Assembly: GCA_964460585.1 (NCBI GenBank)
Contig: CAYWSI010000001.1
Location: 1 to 44,781, forward strand
Reading direction: 5' to 3'
DNA from: an uncultured Algimonas sp.
GTDB lineage: Bacteria; Pseudomonadota; Alphaproteobacteria; Caulobacterales; Maricaulaceae
Length of the DNA: 44,781 bases
A model generated the notes under the pieces. That model was not told the origin of the DNA and searched no databases. It saw only the letters and a program-made list of their open reading frames with translations. A program made the position numbers and the translations under genes. Positions 26,998-36,231 of the stretch are shown here, piece by piece. Position 1 is the stretch's first letter, and every line of letters begins with the position of its first letter.

Positions 26998-27075
26998 AGG
27001 CTCTTCCTACACCAGAGAGCCTAAGGACGGATTAAAGATATTGACCTGAACCGTATTTTTACCTGATGACGGGAT

Positions 27076-28002
27076 ATGTCCGGGCATTCCCATACGCACC
27101 ACTCTCATGGCTCGCCTGACCATAGCCACGGCGGCCATCATTCCCACACGCCGACAGTCGATAGCTCTAATAAGTGGCGTGTTGGGATGGCCGCTATCCT
27201 CACGGGGATTTTTATGGTTGCCGAGGTTGCGGGCGGCTTGATTTCAGGCTCACTCGCGCTGATTGCTGATGCTGGGCATATGCTGACAGATTTTGCGGCG
27301 CTGGCGATGGCATGGGGGGCGTTTCATCTGGCGGCACGGCCCGCGAATGCACGCTATACTTATGGTTATGACCGTATCTCTATCTTGGTCGCTTTTTTAA
27401 ATGCGCTGACCCTCTTTGTCGTCGCAGGGTGGATTATATGGGAAGCTGGCCACAGATTTTTCGCGCCCGGGGAAATTTTAGCGGGAACCATGCTTTGGGT
27501 TGCCGTCGCAGGCCTGGCCGTCAATCTCATTGTATTTTGGATATTATTAGGGGCCGATCAGGAAAATCTGAACATTCGCGGCGCAGTTTTACATGTTTTA
27601 GGGGATCTCTTGGGCTCTATCGCTGCCATTGCGGCAGCCTTGATTATTATGGCGACAGGCTGGGTGCTTGCGGACCCGATATTATCCGTGCTTGTGGCGG
27701 TGCTAATCTTACGCTCAGCTTGTTTTTTATTGAAAGATTCTGCGCATGTCTTGCTGCAAGGCGCGCCTAAAAGCTCAGACAGAGCCCAGATTGAGGCTGA
27801 TTTAACGGCGCAGGTTGAAGGAATTTCGCAGATAAATGCGCTCCGAATTTGGTCCGTGACGCCGCAACATACCGTCTTAACGCTCAAGGCCACGCTGCAA
27901 AAAGGTGCAAATATAGACGATGTTTCAGAAGCGGTAGAGCGCCGGTTGAAAGAGCATTTTGACATTGAGGACGTGACACTCGACCTTCGGCATGAGGCCT
28001 AA
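27076..28002 (+). CDS. Cation diffusion facilitator (CzcD/ZitB-like)
   Basis: His-rich N-terminus, SLALIADAGHMLTD, NIRGAVLHVLGD. Confidence 0.93.
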   Translation: MSGHSHTHHSHGSPDHSHGGHHSHTPTVDSSNKWRVGMAAILTGIFMVAEVAGGLISGSLALIADAGHMLTDFAALAMAWGAFHLAARPANARYTYGYDRISILVAFLNALTLFVVAGWIIWEAGHRFFAPGEILAGTMLWVAVAGLAVNLIVFWILLGADQENLNIRGAVLHVLGDLLGSIAAIAAALIIMATGWVLADPILSVLVAVLILRSACFLLKDSAHVLLQGAPKSSDRAQIEADLTAQVEGISQINALRIWSVTPQHTVLTLKATLQKGANIDDVSEAVERRLKEHFDIEDVTLDLRHEA

Positions 28003-28544
28003 TTCAGGTCAAAGCCTTCTCGAAAAGCTCTTAAAAATTCTTTCTGATTAATATCCGTGTCGCTTTCAGCTGACGCAACTTGCGCTAACATATCGGCTAA
28101 GTCTTGAGCATCGTCTCGTCCGATGAATGTATGGAGGACTTTGATCATGGGGGTGATGGAAGACTCGGGCAAAACAATGTCATGGGTTAAGCTGTCCCAT
28201 TGCCGCACCATTCCATCGGCGTCATCTGCTGACAATTGCATATTGGCCACGAGTTGAGCTTCTATGACGTCGCGTTCTTTGTCGTCTATTCGGCGGCTAC
28301 TGCCTGCGCGGGCAATCATAATCATCAGAACTGTTGCGGCTTCAACAGGCGTTTCGACGAGGTCAAATCCGCCTTTATTATGGGCCTTACGAAACCGTCT
28401 TTGGCGAGGAAGGTTTTTCGCCTGAATAACAGCACCGCGCGCCATATGCGCGGCATCACCAATATTTTTCCGATTTGCTGTGAGGCGCATTGCCCATCAA
28501 AATCCTGCACCAAGAAGACCTAAAATAATCGCGAGAATATGCAT
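27999..28544 (-). pseudogene. TerB-like membrane-anchored protein with an in-frame TGA at codon 16 (pseudogene, readthrough or sequencing error)
   Basis: From ATG 28544 (SD AAGGG): MHILAIILGLLGAGF*WAMRLT..., continuing in frame into the 27999-28490 ORF. Confidence 0.65.
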
Positions 28545-28569
28545 AGTGCACCCTTAACGAGAGAGTCCT

Positions 28570-29319
28570 TTATCTGCAAGAGCTAGTCGGTCCCATATCT
28601 AGGTGAAAATGATCCTTATGCGCTTCATTATAATCGGGGGATAAGGTGACGCGGAATATATCGCAGGCGGCGTTCCTCGCGCCCCGTAAGAATTTCGCCT
28701 TTTTGCGCTCGCCGTCCCAATCTTTCAAAATATTGATATGTGTGCCGTCTTTCAATTCGAAACCGGCAACATCCCACGCATTGGCAAAAGCATGTTCCGA
28801 CCATTGTCCAGAGCTATTCCCGCGTTGGCGGCGGCAGGAATAGCTGCCGTAATGGTGAATTTTGGCAAGCGGTTGATTAAAATATTTACGGGCGAGTGTA
28901 TCGACTTCGCGTTGCCAGAGAAAGGCCGCAACCGAGAGCGGGCACTGCATTTGGGTCTCGCTTGGGGTAAAGCTAACGTCATTTGTGCCAGACACTGAGA
29001 GCGCCACATCCCAACCGCAAACGCCTTTTCCTATGCCTGATGTGGGCCGCTGGGGATTTGCGTCCGCCGTTTTAAACCCGGCTGTGTTTTGGGCTAAGGA
29101 GAGACAGGTCTTGGAGGGTTTTAAATTTAGCGCGAAAAGCTGTTGTTTCGTGGCAAACCCAAGCGGGCGGGTTGTGTCTAAAGCTTTCCAGACTAAATGT
29201 TGGGGCGGGACATAGCGGTTTACAGCCCAAAACCCGCCGCCGATCATTCCGATAAAAAGAACCGTGACAAAGCTTTTCCATACAGGATGCTTTTTTCGGC
29301 CTTTGGACTTTTTCCGCAT
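28570..29319 (-). CDS. Extensin-like C-terminal domain protein (M15-like putative peptidase)
   Basis: HYGSYSCR, SEHAFANAWD, L.PDYN.AH.DHFHLD; N-terminal TM. Confidence 0.85.
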   Translation of the reverse strand: MRKKSKGRKKHPVWKSFVTVLFIGMIGGGFWAVNRYVPPQHLVWKALDTTRPLGFATKQQLFALNLKPSKTCLSLAQNTAGFKTADANPQRPTSGIGKGVCGWDVALSVSGTNDVSFTPSETQMQCPLSVAAFLWQREVDTLARKYFNQPLAKIHHYGSYSCRRQRGNSSGQWSEHAFANAWDVAGFELKDGTHINILKDWDGERKKAKFLRGARNAACDIFRVTLSPDYNEAHKDHFHLDMGPTSSCR

Positions 29320-29343
29320 AAGGCCGTTATGCCTAAATTGGCT

Positions 29344-30180
29344 TTATTCGACCAGACAAATTACCTGTGCAACGCGCCGGTCCCGCCGTAATTTATCAGC
29401 TGCAACGCCGTAAGTTTCGAGTGATATGGGTTCGGTGCCTGTGCCGGGCTCCGTAATAATACCGCGTAAATATTTAGGTGCGACGGAATAGACACGGCCG
29501 CGGCGCGGGGCTTCGGCTGTGATGAGACCGATAATTTCGCCGTCCTTATCCAAGACAGGCGCGCCAGATAATCCGCCGAGTGAGCCCAGTAGATTTCGAG
29601 ATCGGCCTAATTCAGACCAGGTTAAAACAGCTTCTTCATTTGTGTAGCGGCCTCTGACTTTCATTCGGCTTCTCGAGATTAAACTACCGACAACTTCACC
29701 AGGCTTGCCTTGCGGATAGCCAAAGAAATAGCCAACTTCTCCGACTTGCCTTTGTGAATTTAAATCAGCAGGCAGGGGGCGACGCGCCCAATCTGATCTT
29801 AAAACGGCCAAATCCGAATTTTGAACGATTTGAGCGTCTACAGATATTGTTCGGCCTAACCCAATCCGTAGCCCCACGCGGTCACATCCATCGACAACAT
29901 GACGCGCTGTGAGCCATAAGCCCTTTTTATTTATCGAAAAGGCTGTCCCCACGCTGGATTGACTCGGCGCGACATCAACTAAAATAATTTCATCGCGGGG
30001 AGAGTCAGACGGGAGTAATGGGCCGAGTTCAGGACGTTCCAACATATCTCCGATAACGACGTCTTGCCGAACGCTGAAGGCTATGAAGAGGAAGACCATT
30101 AAAAGCCCGCCATAGATCATCCAATCAGGCACGACTCGCCGTGGTTTTTTTGTCGAAAATCCGCCTTGTTGCCGAGACAT
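29344..30180 (-). CDS. Membrane-anchored trypsin-like serine protease
   Basis: GTAF, LTARHVV, DLAVL, GLSGAPV triad motifs; N-terminal TM. Confidence 0.88.
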   Translation of the reverse strand: MSRQQGGFSTKKPRRVVPDWMIYGGLLMVFLFIAFSVRQDVVIGDMLERPELGPLLPSDSPRDEIILVDVAPSQSSVGTAFSINKKGLWLTARHVVDGCDRVGLRIGLGRTISVDAQIVQNSDLAVLRSDWARRPLPADLNSQRQVGEVGYFFGYPQGKPGEVVGSLISRSRMKVRGRYTNEEAVLTWSELGRSRNLLGSLGGLSGAPVLDKDGEIIGLITAEAPRRGRVYSVAPKYLRGIITEPGTGTEPISLETYGVAADKLRRDRRVAQVICLVE

Positions 30181-30183
30181 GGA

Positions 30184-30600
30184 TTAACCAGAGATAGCAA
30201 ATGCGAGAATGATAGAGCCCGAGAGTTTGAAGGCTGCGAGAACGACGGCAGGCGCAATTTCATTTTTCTCGATACGTGCTGGCATACCGCGAAAAATAAT
30301 GGAATCTGTGACCCGGAAGAGGAAGAGTTGAAAGAGGAGGGCGAAGACAGTCCAGAGACCAACATCGAACAGAGATGATTTTTTGATGAGACAAGCTGCA
30401 ACGGGAAGCGCCATGCTAATGACGAGACTAGAAAAATGGATTGAGGCTGCAATATTTCCGGATTCGACGAGCTCTAATTCCTTATGCGGAGTCAATTTTA
30501 CATAGGTCAAAATAGACCCGATGTAGAGTAACCCAACCATAACAAGGTAGAAAATAAGCTGTGGGAAGCCGGCCGCAAGGCTGTCGAAGGCAGGCTGCAT
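30184..30600 (-). CDS. DUF350 family membrane protein
   Basis: Four TMs, LTP.KE.ELV..GN.AA; start 30600 preferred (30648 possible). Confidence 0.8.
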   Translation of the reverse strand: MQPAFDSLAAGFPQLIFYLVMVGLLYIGSILTYVKLTPHKELELVESGNIAASIHFSSLVISMALPVAACLIKKSSLFDVGLWTVFALLFQLFLFRVTDSIIFRGMPARIEKNEIAPAVVLAAFKLSGSIILAFAISG

Positions 30601-30728
30601 AGGGGCATCCTTATTATACATTGTTGTGCTTACGATATTTGGACCCACATCCTAATATCTTCGCGCGTCTCATTTAACGTTTTGGTTGAAAGTGCAAGTT
30701 CAATTTCCCGTAAAAAGGTGTAAAAACC

Positions 30729-31883
30729 TTAAGATTTAACAGCTTTGCGCAGCTCTGAAGCGCGTGTTTTTTCACTGTCACTTTTAAGTTGTCCGCAGGC
30801 GGCAAAAATATCCTGTCCGCGGGTTTTTCGGATGGGGCTGGCATATCCTGCGGCATTGACGAGATCGGAAAATTCTTTGATCGTTTTCATGTCGGAACAC
30901 TCGTAATTTGAACCGGGCCAAGGGTTGAACGGGATGAGGTTCACTTTGGCTGGAATGCCGCGAAGAAGTTTAATTAATTGTTTTGCATGCCAGGGTTGGT
31001 CATTAATTCCCTTTAGCATGACATATTCAAATGTGATCCGGCGTGAGTTGGACAGGCCCGGATAATCTCTGCACGCTTGCATCAATTCTTTGAGCGGATA
31101 TTTTTTATTTATCGGCATGATTTGTGTGCGCAGCTCATCATTGGCGGCGTGCAGCGAGATCGCGAGCTGCGCGGAGGTGCGCTCGCCCATCGGTCCGATT
31201 TCAGGCACAACGCCAGAGGTTGAGACGGTGATGCGGCGGCGGCCAATACCTATCCCTTCGGGGTCACAAATTGTGTCCAGCGCATCGCCAACTTTTTCCG
31301 TATTATACAGCGGCTCGCCCATGCCCATAAAAACAATATTGGTGAGCTTGCGGTTGTCTTGCGTCGTTGGCCATTCGCCCAAATCATCACGGGCGATGAT
31401 GACTTGCAAAACAATCTCGCGGGCAGTCAGATTACGGACAAGACGCTGAGTTCCCGTATGGCAGAAAGTACAGGTCAGCGTGCACCCGACTTGGCTAGAC
31501 ACACATAAAGCGCCTGTCTTGGAGACATCAGGAATAAAGACGCTTTCGACTTCGACGCCGGGCGACATACGGATGAGATATTTACGGGTTCCGTCAGTGG
31601 AAATCAGGCGCTCCACAATTTCGGGTCGGTCTAAGGTAAATTCTGCGTCTAATTTCGCGCGCAAGGGCTTGGCAATATTCGTCATATCGTCAAAGGATTT
31701 CACTCCGTAATTATAAATCCAATGAAAGACCTGTTTCGTTCGCATACGGACTTTCTTGGGCTCAATGCCAATCCGCGTCAGCTCCTCTGCAATGTCTTTG
31801 CGGCCCAAGCCAACAAGCGGGACTTTCCCGTCGGGACGGCCGGGGTCTGCGGGTGCGCGGTCTATGAGGGTTGTGGACGACAT
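30729..31883 (-). CDS. rlmN: Radical-SAM 23S rRNA/tRNA methyltransferase
   Basis: [35 protein letters not shown]. Confidence 0.97.
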   Translation of the reverse strand: MSSTTLIDRAPADPGRPDGKVPLVGLGRKDIAEELTRIGIEPKKVRMRTKQVFHWIYNYGVKSFDDMTNIAKPLRAKLDAEFTLDRPEIVERLISTDGTRKYLIRMSPGVEVESVFIPDVSKTGALCVSSQVGCTLTCTFCHTGTQRLVRNLTAREIVLQVIIARDDLGEWPTTQDNRKLTNIVFMGMGEPLYNTEKVGDALDTICDPEGIGIGRRRITVSTSGVVPEIGPMGERTSAQLAISLHAANDELRTQIMPINKKYPLKELMQACRDYPGLSNSRRITFEYVMLKGINDQPWHAKQLIKLLRGIPAKVNLIPFNPWPGSNYECSDMKTIKEFSDLVNAAGYASPIRKTRGQDIFAACGQLKSDSEKTRASELRKAVKS

Positions 31884-31971
31884 GGCGCGGCCTCTATCAT
31901 GTGGATGACAAAGCGCAAAGCCCGCATATGCAAAGGATGACTTGCGGTGTCGAATCCTCTAGCGAGTCTCT

Positions 31972-33390
31972 ATGTCAACAAACACGCCAGAATTTACGGT
32001 CTCCGAACTTGCGCAATCGCTCAAGCGCACGGTTGAGGACACTTATGGCCATGTGCGGGTGCGCGGGGAACTGGGCCGAACAACCATTGCGAAATCGGGC
32101 CATTGTTATTTGGACATTAAAGACGACCGCGCGGTGATAAATTCTATTATCTGGAAAGGGGTTATGTCGCGCCTCTCCATGCGGCCCGAAGAAGGCATGG
32201 AAGTCATTTGCGAAGGTAAGCTGTCGACCTATCCGGGACGGTCTAATTATCAGCTCATTATCGATAAAATGGAATTGGCGGGGGCGGGCGCGCTCATGGC
32301 GCTATTTGAAAAGCGTAAGAAAATGCTGGAAGGTGAAGGCCTCTTTGCGCCGGAACGCAAACGCGAACTGCCCTTTTTACCGAAAACCATTGGTGTTGTC
32401 ACATCGCCCACGGGCTCCGTTATTCGCGATATTTTACACCGCATCACGGACCGTTTCCCAAGCCATGTTTTGGTCTGGCCTGTACTCGTGCAGGGCGATA
32501 AAGCCGCCGAGCAGATTACAGCTGCCATTGAAGGGTTTAACGAGGCTGACGGTTTTCCGCGTCCCGATGTTTTGATTGTCGCGCGCGGCGGCGGTTCGAT
32601 TGAAGACCTCTGGTGTTTTAACGAAGAAAATGTCGCCCGCGCCGCGGCCAATTCAAAAATTCCGCTGATCTCCGCCGTAGGCCATGAAACAGATTGGACG
32701 CTGATTGACTTTGTCGCGGATTACCGCGCGCCAACGCCGACAGGAGCGGCAGAGGTCGCCGTACCCGTCCGCGCCGATTGGGTGGAGACAGTTGAAGATT
32801 ACGGCTTGCGCCTGTTGCGGGCCTTGCGCCGCACCACGTCAGAACGCGCAACAACCCTGCGGGCAGCGCGCCTGCCGCGTATTGATGCGGTGCTTGCGCC
32901 TGCGCGTCAGCGCCTCGATAGCTCTCGCGCTTCTTTGCCGCCGATTTCGCGATTGCTTGACCCCAAGAAAAATGCGCTCGCCAGACAAGGCCAAGCCCTG
33001 CAATCGGCCATGCGTTTTACGAAACAGCGTCAGATAAGTAAGCTGTCGCAGCAAGGCGAAACCCTCACGCGATATGGCCGCTCTGCGCAATCGGCCTTGC
33101 AACGCACCCTGGAAAGCCAGTCTCGCCGTTTGGACCGCGCCGGAAAATTGCTCGATGCCTATTCCTATAAGGGCACATTAGACCGTGGTTTTGCCTTAGT
33201 GCGGGATGAGGCAGGGGCCGTTATTCGGTCTAAATCTGACGCAAAATCAGGACAGGCTGTGAGCCTAACATTTGCCGATGGAGAGCTTGGCGCGGTCATT
33301 GCGGGCGGGGCCACGCCGAAAGCGCCCCGCAAAACTGCAAAGCCGCCTAAGCAAAAACAGAGCGATAAAAAGCAGGCAGACCTGTTTTAA
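31972..33390 (+). CDS. xseA: Exodeoxyribonuclease VII large subunit
   Basis: SGHCY..IKD, VARGGGS.EDLW.FNEE, SAVGHETD, PTPTGAAE, L.RGFALV. Confidence 0.96.
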   Translation: MSTNTPEFTVSELAQSLKRTVEDTYGHVRVRGELGRTTIAKSGHCYLDIKDDRAVINSIIWKGVMSRLSMRPEEGMEVICEGKLSTYPGRSNYQLIIDKMELAGAGALMALFEKRKKMLEGEGLFAPERKRELPFLPKTIGVVTSPTGSVIRDILHRITDRFPSHVLVWPVLVQGDKAAEQITAAIEGFNEADGFPRPDVLIVARGGGSIEDLWCFNEENVARAAANSKIPLISAVGHETDWTLIDFVADYRAPTPTGAAEVAVPVRADWVETVEDYGLRLLRALRRTTSERATTLRAARLPRIDAVLAPARQRLDSSRASLPPISRLLDPKKNALARQGQALQSAMRFTKQRQISKLSQQGETLTRYGRSAQSALQRTLESQSRRLDRAGKLLDAYSYKGTLDRGFALVRDEAGAVIRSKSDAKSGQAVSLTFADGELGAVIAGGATPKAPRKTAKPPKQKQSDKKQADLF

Positions 33391-33419
33391 TTTAACCCTT
33401 TTGCGCCTAAGTCAGATGT

Positions 33420-33632
33420 ATGACAGGTTTTTTCAAAGATCAGGGCCAAGCCAAAATTCATTTTGGCGCGTCGGACTTCACCATCATGGAGACGGGCAGC
33501 TATGTACTCTGTGCTGTGACAGGCGATAAAATCCCGCTGGAAATGCTCCGCTATTGGAATGCCGACCGCCAAGAAGCCTATAAGGACGCGGCAGCGAGTC
33601 TTGAGGGCTTTAAACGCGCGGGAGCGATATAA
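33420..33632 (+). CDS. DUF2093 family protein
   Basis: G.YV.CAVTG..IPL..LRYW...RQEAY. Confidence 0.85.
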   Translation: MTGFFKDQGQAKIHFGASDFTIMETGSYVLCAVTGDKIPLEMLRYWNADRQEAYKDAAASLEGFKRAGAI

Positions 33633-33633
33633 G

Positions 33634-34608
33634 ATGAGAGCATTCCTCGCCATATCCATCCTTGCGTTGACGGCGTGCGCGGCGGAACCAACAGCTGAAG
33701 CAGAGGTTCAAACCCTATCCGAAGTGAATCAAAACCTCGGCGCAAAAGATAACAAATTAAAGCAGGCAACGGATACAGCGCAGCAGGCAGCGCCAACGGT
33801 TGATGTTGAGACGGTTGTTAAATTGGCGGAAAACACAGCTATCCCGAATGGAATTGATTGCCACGGCATCGCGAAACAAGGTGGCCTTGTTGTCTGCCAA
33901 ACAGAACCCAATGCCCGTGTGGAAGTCGGCCGTTCTGAAAATGATACTTACGTTCAAACCGCCGATAAAAACGGCGTTCTTCTCGTTGGTTTTGACCGCG
34001 ATGAGCCTGCGGCTTTTGTCCGTGTCGGCGACGCCCGCGTGGATTTCGATATTCAAAAGCGTGACTATGACACGTCCCGCATTGATGGCCTGCCGAAGAA
34101 ATTTGTCAGTGAATATACGCCAGAGCAACTCGAACAAATCCGCAAGGCGAGTGCGCTGAAAAAGATCGGTTTTGCATCTAAGGTCGACGAGGTTGGGTTT
34201 AAGAACGGTTTTATCTATCCTGTGACAACTCACACCAAGACAACAAATTTCGGCGCGCAGCGTATTTTAAATGGCGATCCGAAACGCCCGCATTTTGGGG
34301 TCGACCTCGCTGCGCCCAAAGGCACACCTATCCTCGCCCCCGCCGACGGCATTGTCAGCCTGGCCAGCGAAGAAATGTATTTTGAAGGCTCCCTCATCAT
34401 GATTGATCACGGGCAAGGTTTGATTTCCTATTATCTACATAATGAAACAGTCGACGTTGAAGTGGGCCAGCGCGTCACCCAAGGCCAGCAAATCGGAACC
34501 GTTGGCTCGCGCGGTCGCTCTACGGGGCCGCATCTATGTTGGCGTCTGAAATGGCGAGGCCGCAATCTCGACCCAGAATTACTGACGGAGTGGCCGCAGC
34601 GCGGCTAA
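33634..34608 (+). CDS. M23 family metallopeptidase, lipoprotein
   Basis: Lipobox LTAC from ATG 33634; HFGVD, DHGQG, GRSTGPHLC. Confidence 0.88.
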   Translation: MRAFLAISILALTACAAEPTAEAEVQTLSEVNQNLGAKDNKLKQATDTAQQAAPTVDVETVVKLAENTAIPNGIDCHGIAKQGGLVVCQTEPNARVEVGRSENDTYVQTADKNGVLLVGFDRDEPAAFVRVGDARVDFDIQKRDYDTSRIDGLPKKFVSEYTPEQLEQIRKASALKKIGFASKVDEVGFKNGFIYPVTTHTKTTNFGAQRILNGDPKRPHFGVDLAAPKGTPILAPADGIVSLASEEMYFEGSLIMIDHGQGLISYYLHNETVDVEVGQRVTQGQQIGTVGSRGRSTGPHLCWRLKWRGRNLDPELLTEWPQRG

Positions 34609-34613
34609 GAGCT

Positions 34614-34937
34614 ATGGCGAAAAAACCCGAAGATTGCCAAACTATGGTGGAAGTCCGCGAAGGCGTCGATGCGCTTGACCGCGAGCTTGTACGCCTGCTC
34701 GTCACGCGCCAAGGCTATATGCATGCCGCTGCGCGGATTAAACCGAACCGGGAGGCCGTCTATGACGCCCCGCGTATCGAAGAGGTGGTGAGTAAGGTTT
34801 TGGCGGAAGCTAAGATACAAGGCCTCTCAGCCGACATCGCTGAACCTGTCTGGCGCAAACTCATTGAGCGCTGCATCGCGCATGAATTTGATGTCTATGA
34901 CGAAACCCGTCCAGCCAATGATCAGAAAACGGCTTAA
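34614..34937 (+). CDS. Chorismate mutase type II
   Basis: M.EVR.GVDALDRELV.LL..R, ARIK, R.EEVV. Confidence 0.85.
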   Translation: MAKKPEDCQTMVEVREGVDALDRELVRLLVTRQGYMHAAARIKPNREAVYDAPRIEEVVSKVLAEAKIQGLSADIAEPVWRKLIERCIAHEFDVYDETRPANDQKTA

Positions 34938-35362
34938 TTGCCCACCGCGGGATAATACCAAACGCGGCGGATGAGATTATCCTCAATGTGATAAACGGTG
35001 AGCGAGCTTTGGGATTTGTCTTCGCCTGAGGCTGTCCGCCATTTCGCGGTTTCGGTCACGGCGACATAGTCTCCATTCACACTCCAATCACGCAGACTCC
35101 CCGTGGTTTTTGTGGGCGATTTGAAATAACCTTCCATGTATTTTGTAAGATTGTCTCGGCCTGAAACTTCGACGCTTATCTCCGAGCCGTTCACGCTATA
35201 CCATTCAATATCAGGGTGCTCGACTTTAGCCATTGCCTGCGCATCTTGTGCATTGAAAGCGTCGACATGAGCCAGAACAAGAGGATGCCCCTGCTGAGGC
35301 GTCTCACTCTGCGAGCAAGCGGATAAGAGTAGGGCTGTTGCTAGGAGTAACTGTTTCATCAT
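34934..35362 (-). CDS. SnoaL/NTF2-like lipoprotein
   Basis: Lipobox LSAC; AFNAQD, VYHIEDNLIRRVWY. Confidence 0.8.
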   Translation of the reverse strand: MMKQLLLATALLLSACSQSETPQQGHPLVLAHVDAFNAQDAQAMAKVEHPDIEWYSVNGSEISVEVSGRDNLTKYMEGYFKSPTKTTGSLRDWSVNGDYVAVTETAKWRTASGEDKSQSSLTVYHIEDNLIRRVWYYPAVGN

Positions 35363-36231
35363 ACCTTCCTATAAAGGGATTTCGGCCATCGGCGATGGAC
35401 CCAAAACCATTGGTCTGGCGTCTCTCTCACGCGGGTTTCGATAAAGTCATTTACCTGTATCACGCCCGCCAAGACGTTGGCAGATCTATCGCCTGATTTT
35501 TCTAATGTAATGGGCGGGTGAAATGTGACGATGAAACGGGATTTCTGCCGCGTGACTGACATAGGCAAAAGCGGGCGGCCTGTTTTCAGCGCGAGGCGGA
35601 CGGCGCCTTGGGCGGTCATGGCAGGTTCTCCAAAAAAGGGAACTTCAAGACCCGTGTTGAATTTTTGGTCATTGAGCAGCGCCACGCTTTCGCCCGCTTG
35701 CAGCGCTTCAAAGAGTTCCCGCCCGCTAGCGTGACCGGATTTTTGGATTAGAAATTTTGTGCCGTAAGCTTCGCGCTGTTTTCTCACTCGCGCATCAATA
35801 TGCGGGTTATTGATTTTACGATATGTAATGCGGGTCGTGTGGTCTGATTGGGTGAGGACTGTCGCCATGACTTCCCAATTTGCAAAATGTCCTGTGACGA
35901 TAATTGCGGGGTGGTTCTGCTCGAAATGTTCAAAACCTTTTATCTCAATGCGGCTATTCGTTGCGAAGGGTTTTAATCGGTGGGTGAGGGGAAATTCGGC
36001 GAATGTGCGCCCCACATTATCCCATTGCGCTCGCATGAGCGTTTTGATGTCCGCGTTGGATTTTTCGGGAAAGGCCGTGCGTAGCCCCGTCTCGGCAATA
36101 TGACGTTTCGAGGTCAGCGGCCCAATGGCTTTAACAATAAAGGCCCCAAGAGCAGAGATAATTCCAAAGGGCAAAAGCCGCATGAGGCCCGTCACAATAT
36201 CATAGGCGAGTGCCTCGAGACGATGTTTCAT
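35359..36231 (-). CDS. Lipid A late acyltransferase (LpxL/HtrB family)
   Basis: GHFANWE, DQK...G..VPFFG, PDQWFWVHRRW; lipid A gene context. Confidence 0.88.
   Translation of the reverse strand: MKHRLEALAYDIVTGLMRLLPFGIISALGAFIVKAIGPLTSKRHIAETGLRTAFPEKSNADIKTLMRAQWDNVGRTFAEFPLTHRLKPFATNSRIEIKGFEHFEQNHPAIIVTGHFANWEVMATVLTQSDHTTRITYRKINNPHIDARVRKQREAYGTKFLIQKSGHASGRELFEALQAGESVALLNDQKFNTGLEVPFFGEPAMTAQGAVRLALKTGRPLLPMSVTRQKSRFIVTFHPPITLEKSGDRSANVLAGVIQVNDFIETRVRETPDQWFWVHRRWPKSLYRKV

Noticed and set aside
28497-28499. UGA as selenocysteine or genome-wide Trp recoding
   Set aside because: Context suggests Trp rather than Cys, and TGA serves as a true stop elsewhere (e.g. ATGA overlaps at 1735, 11723, 36228).
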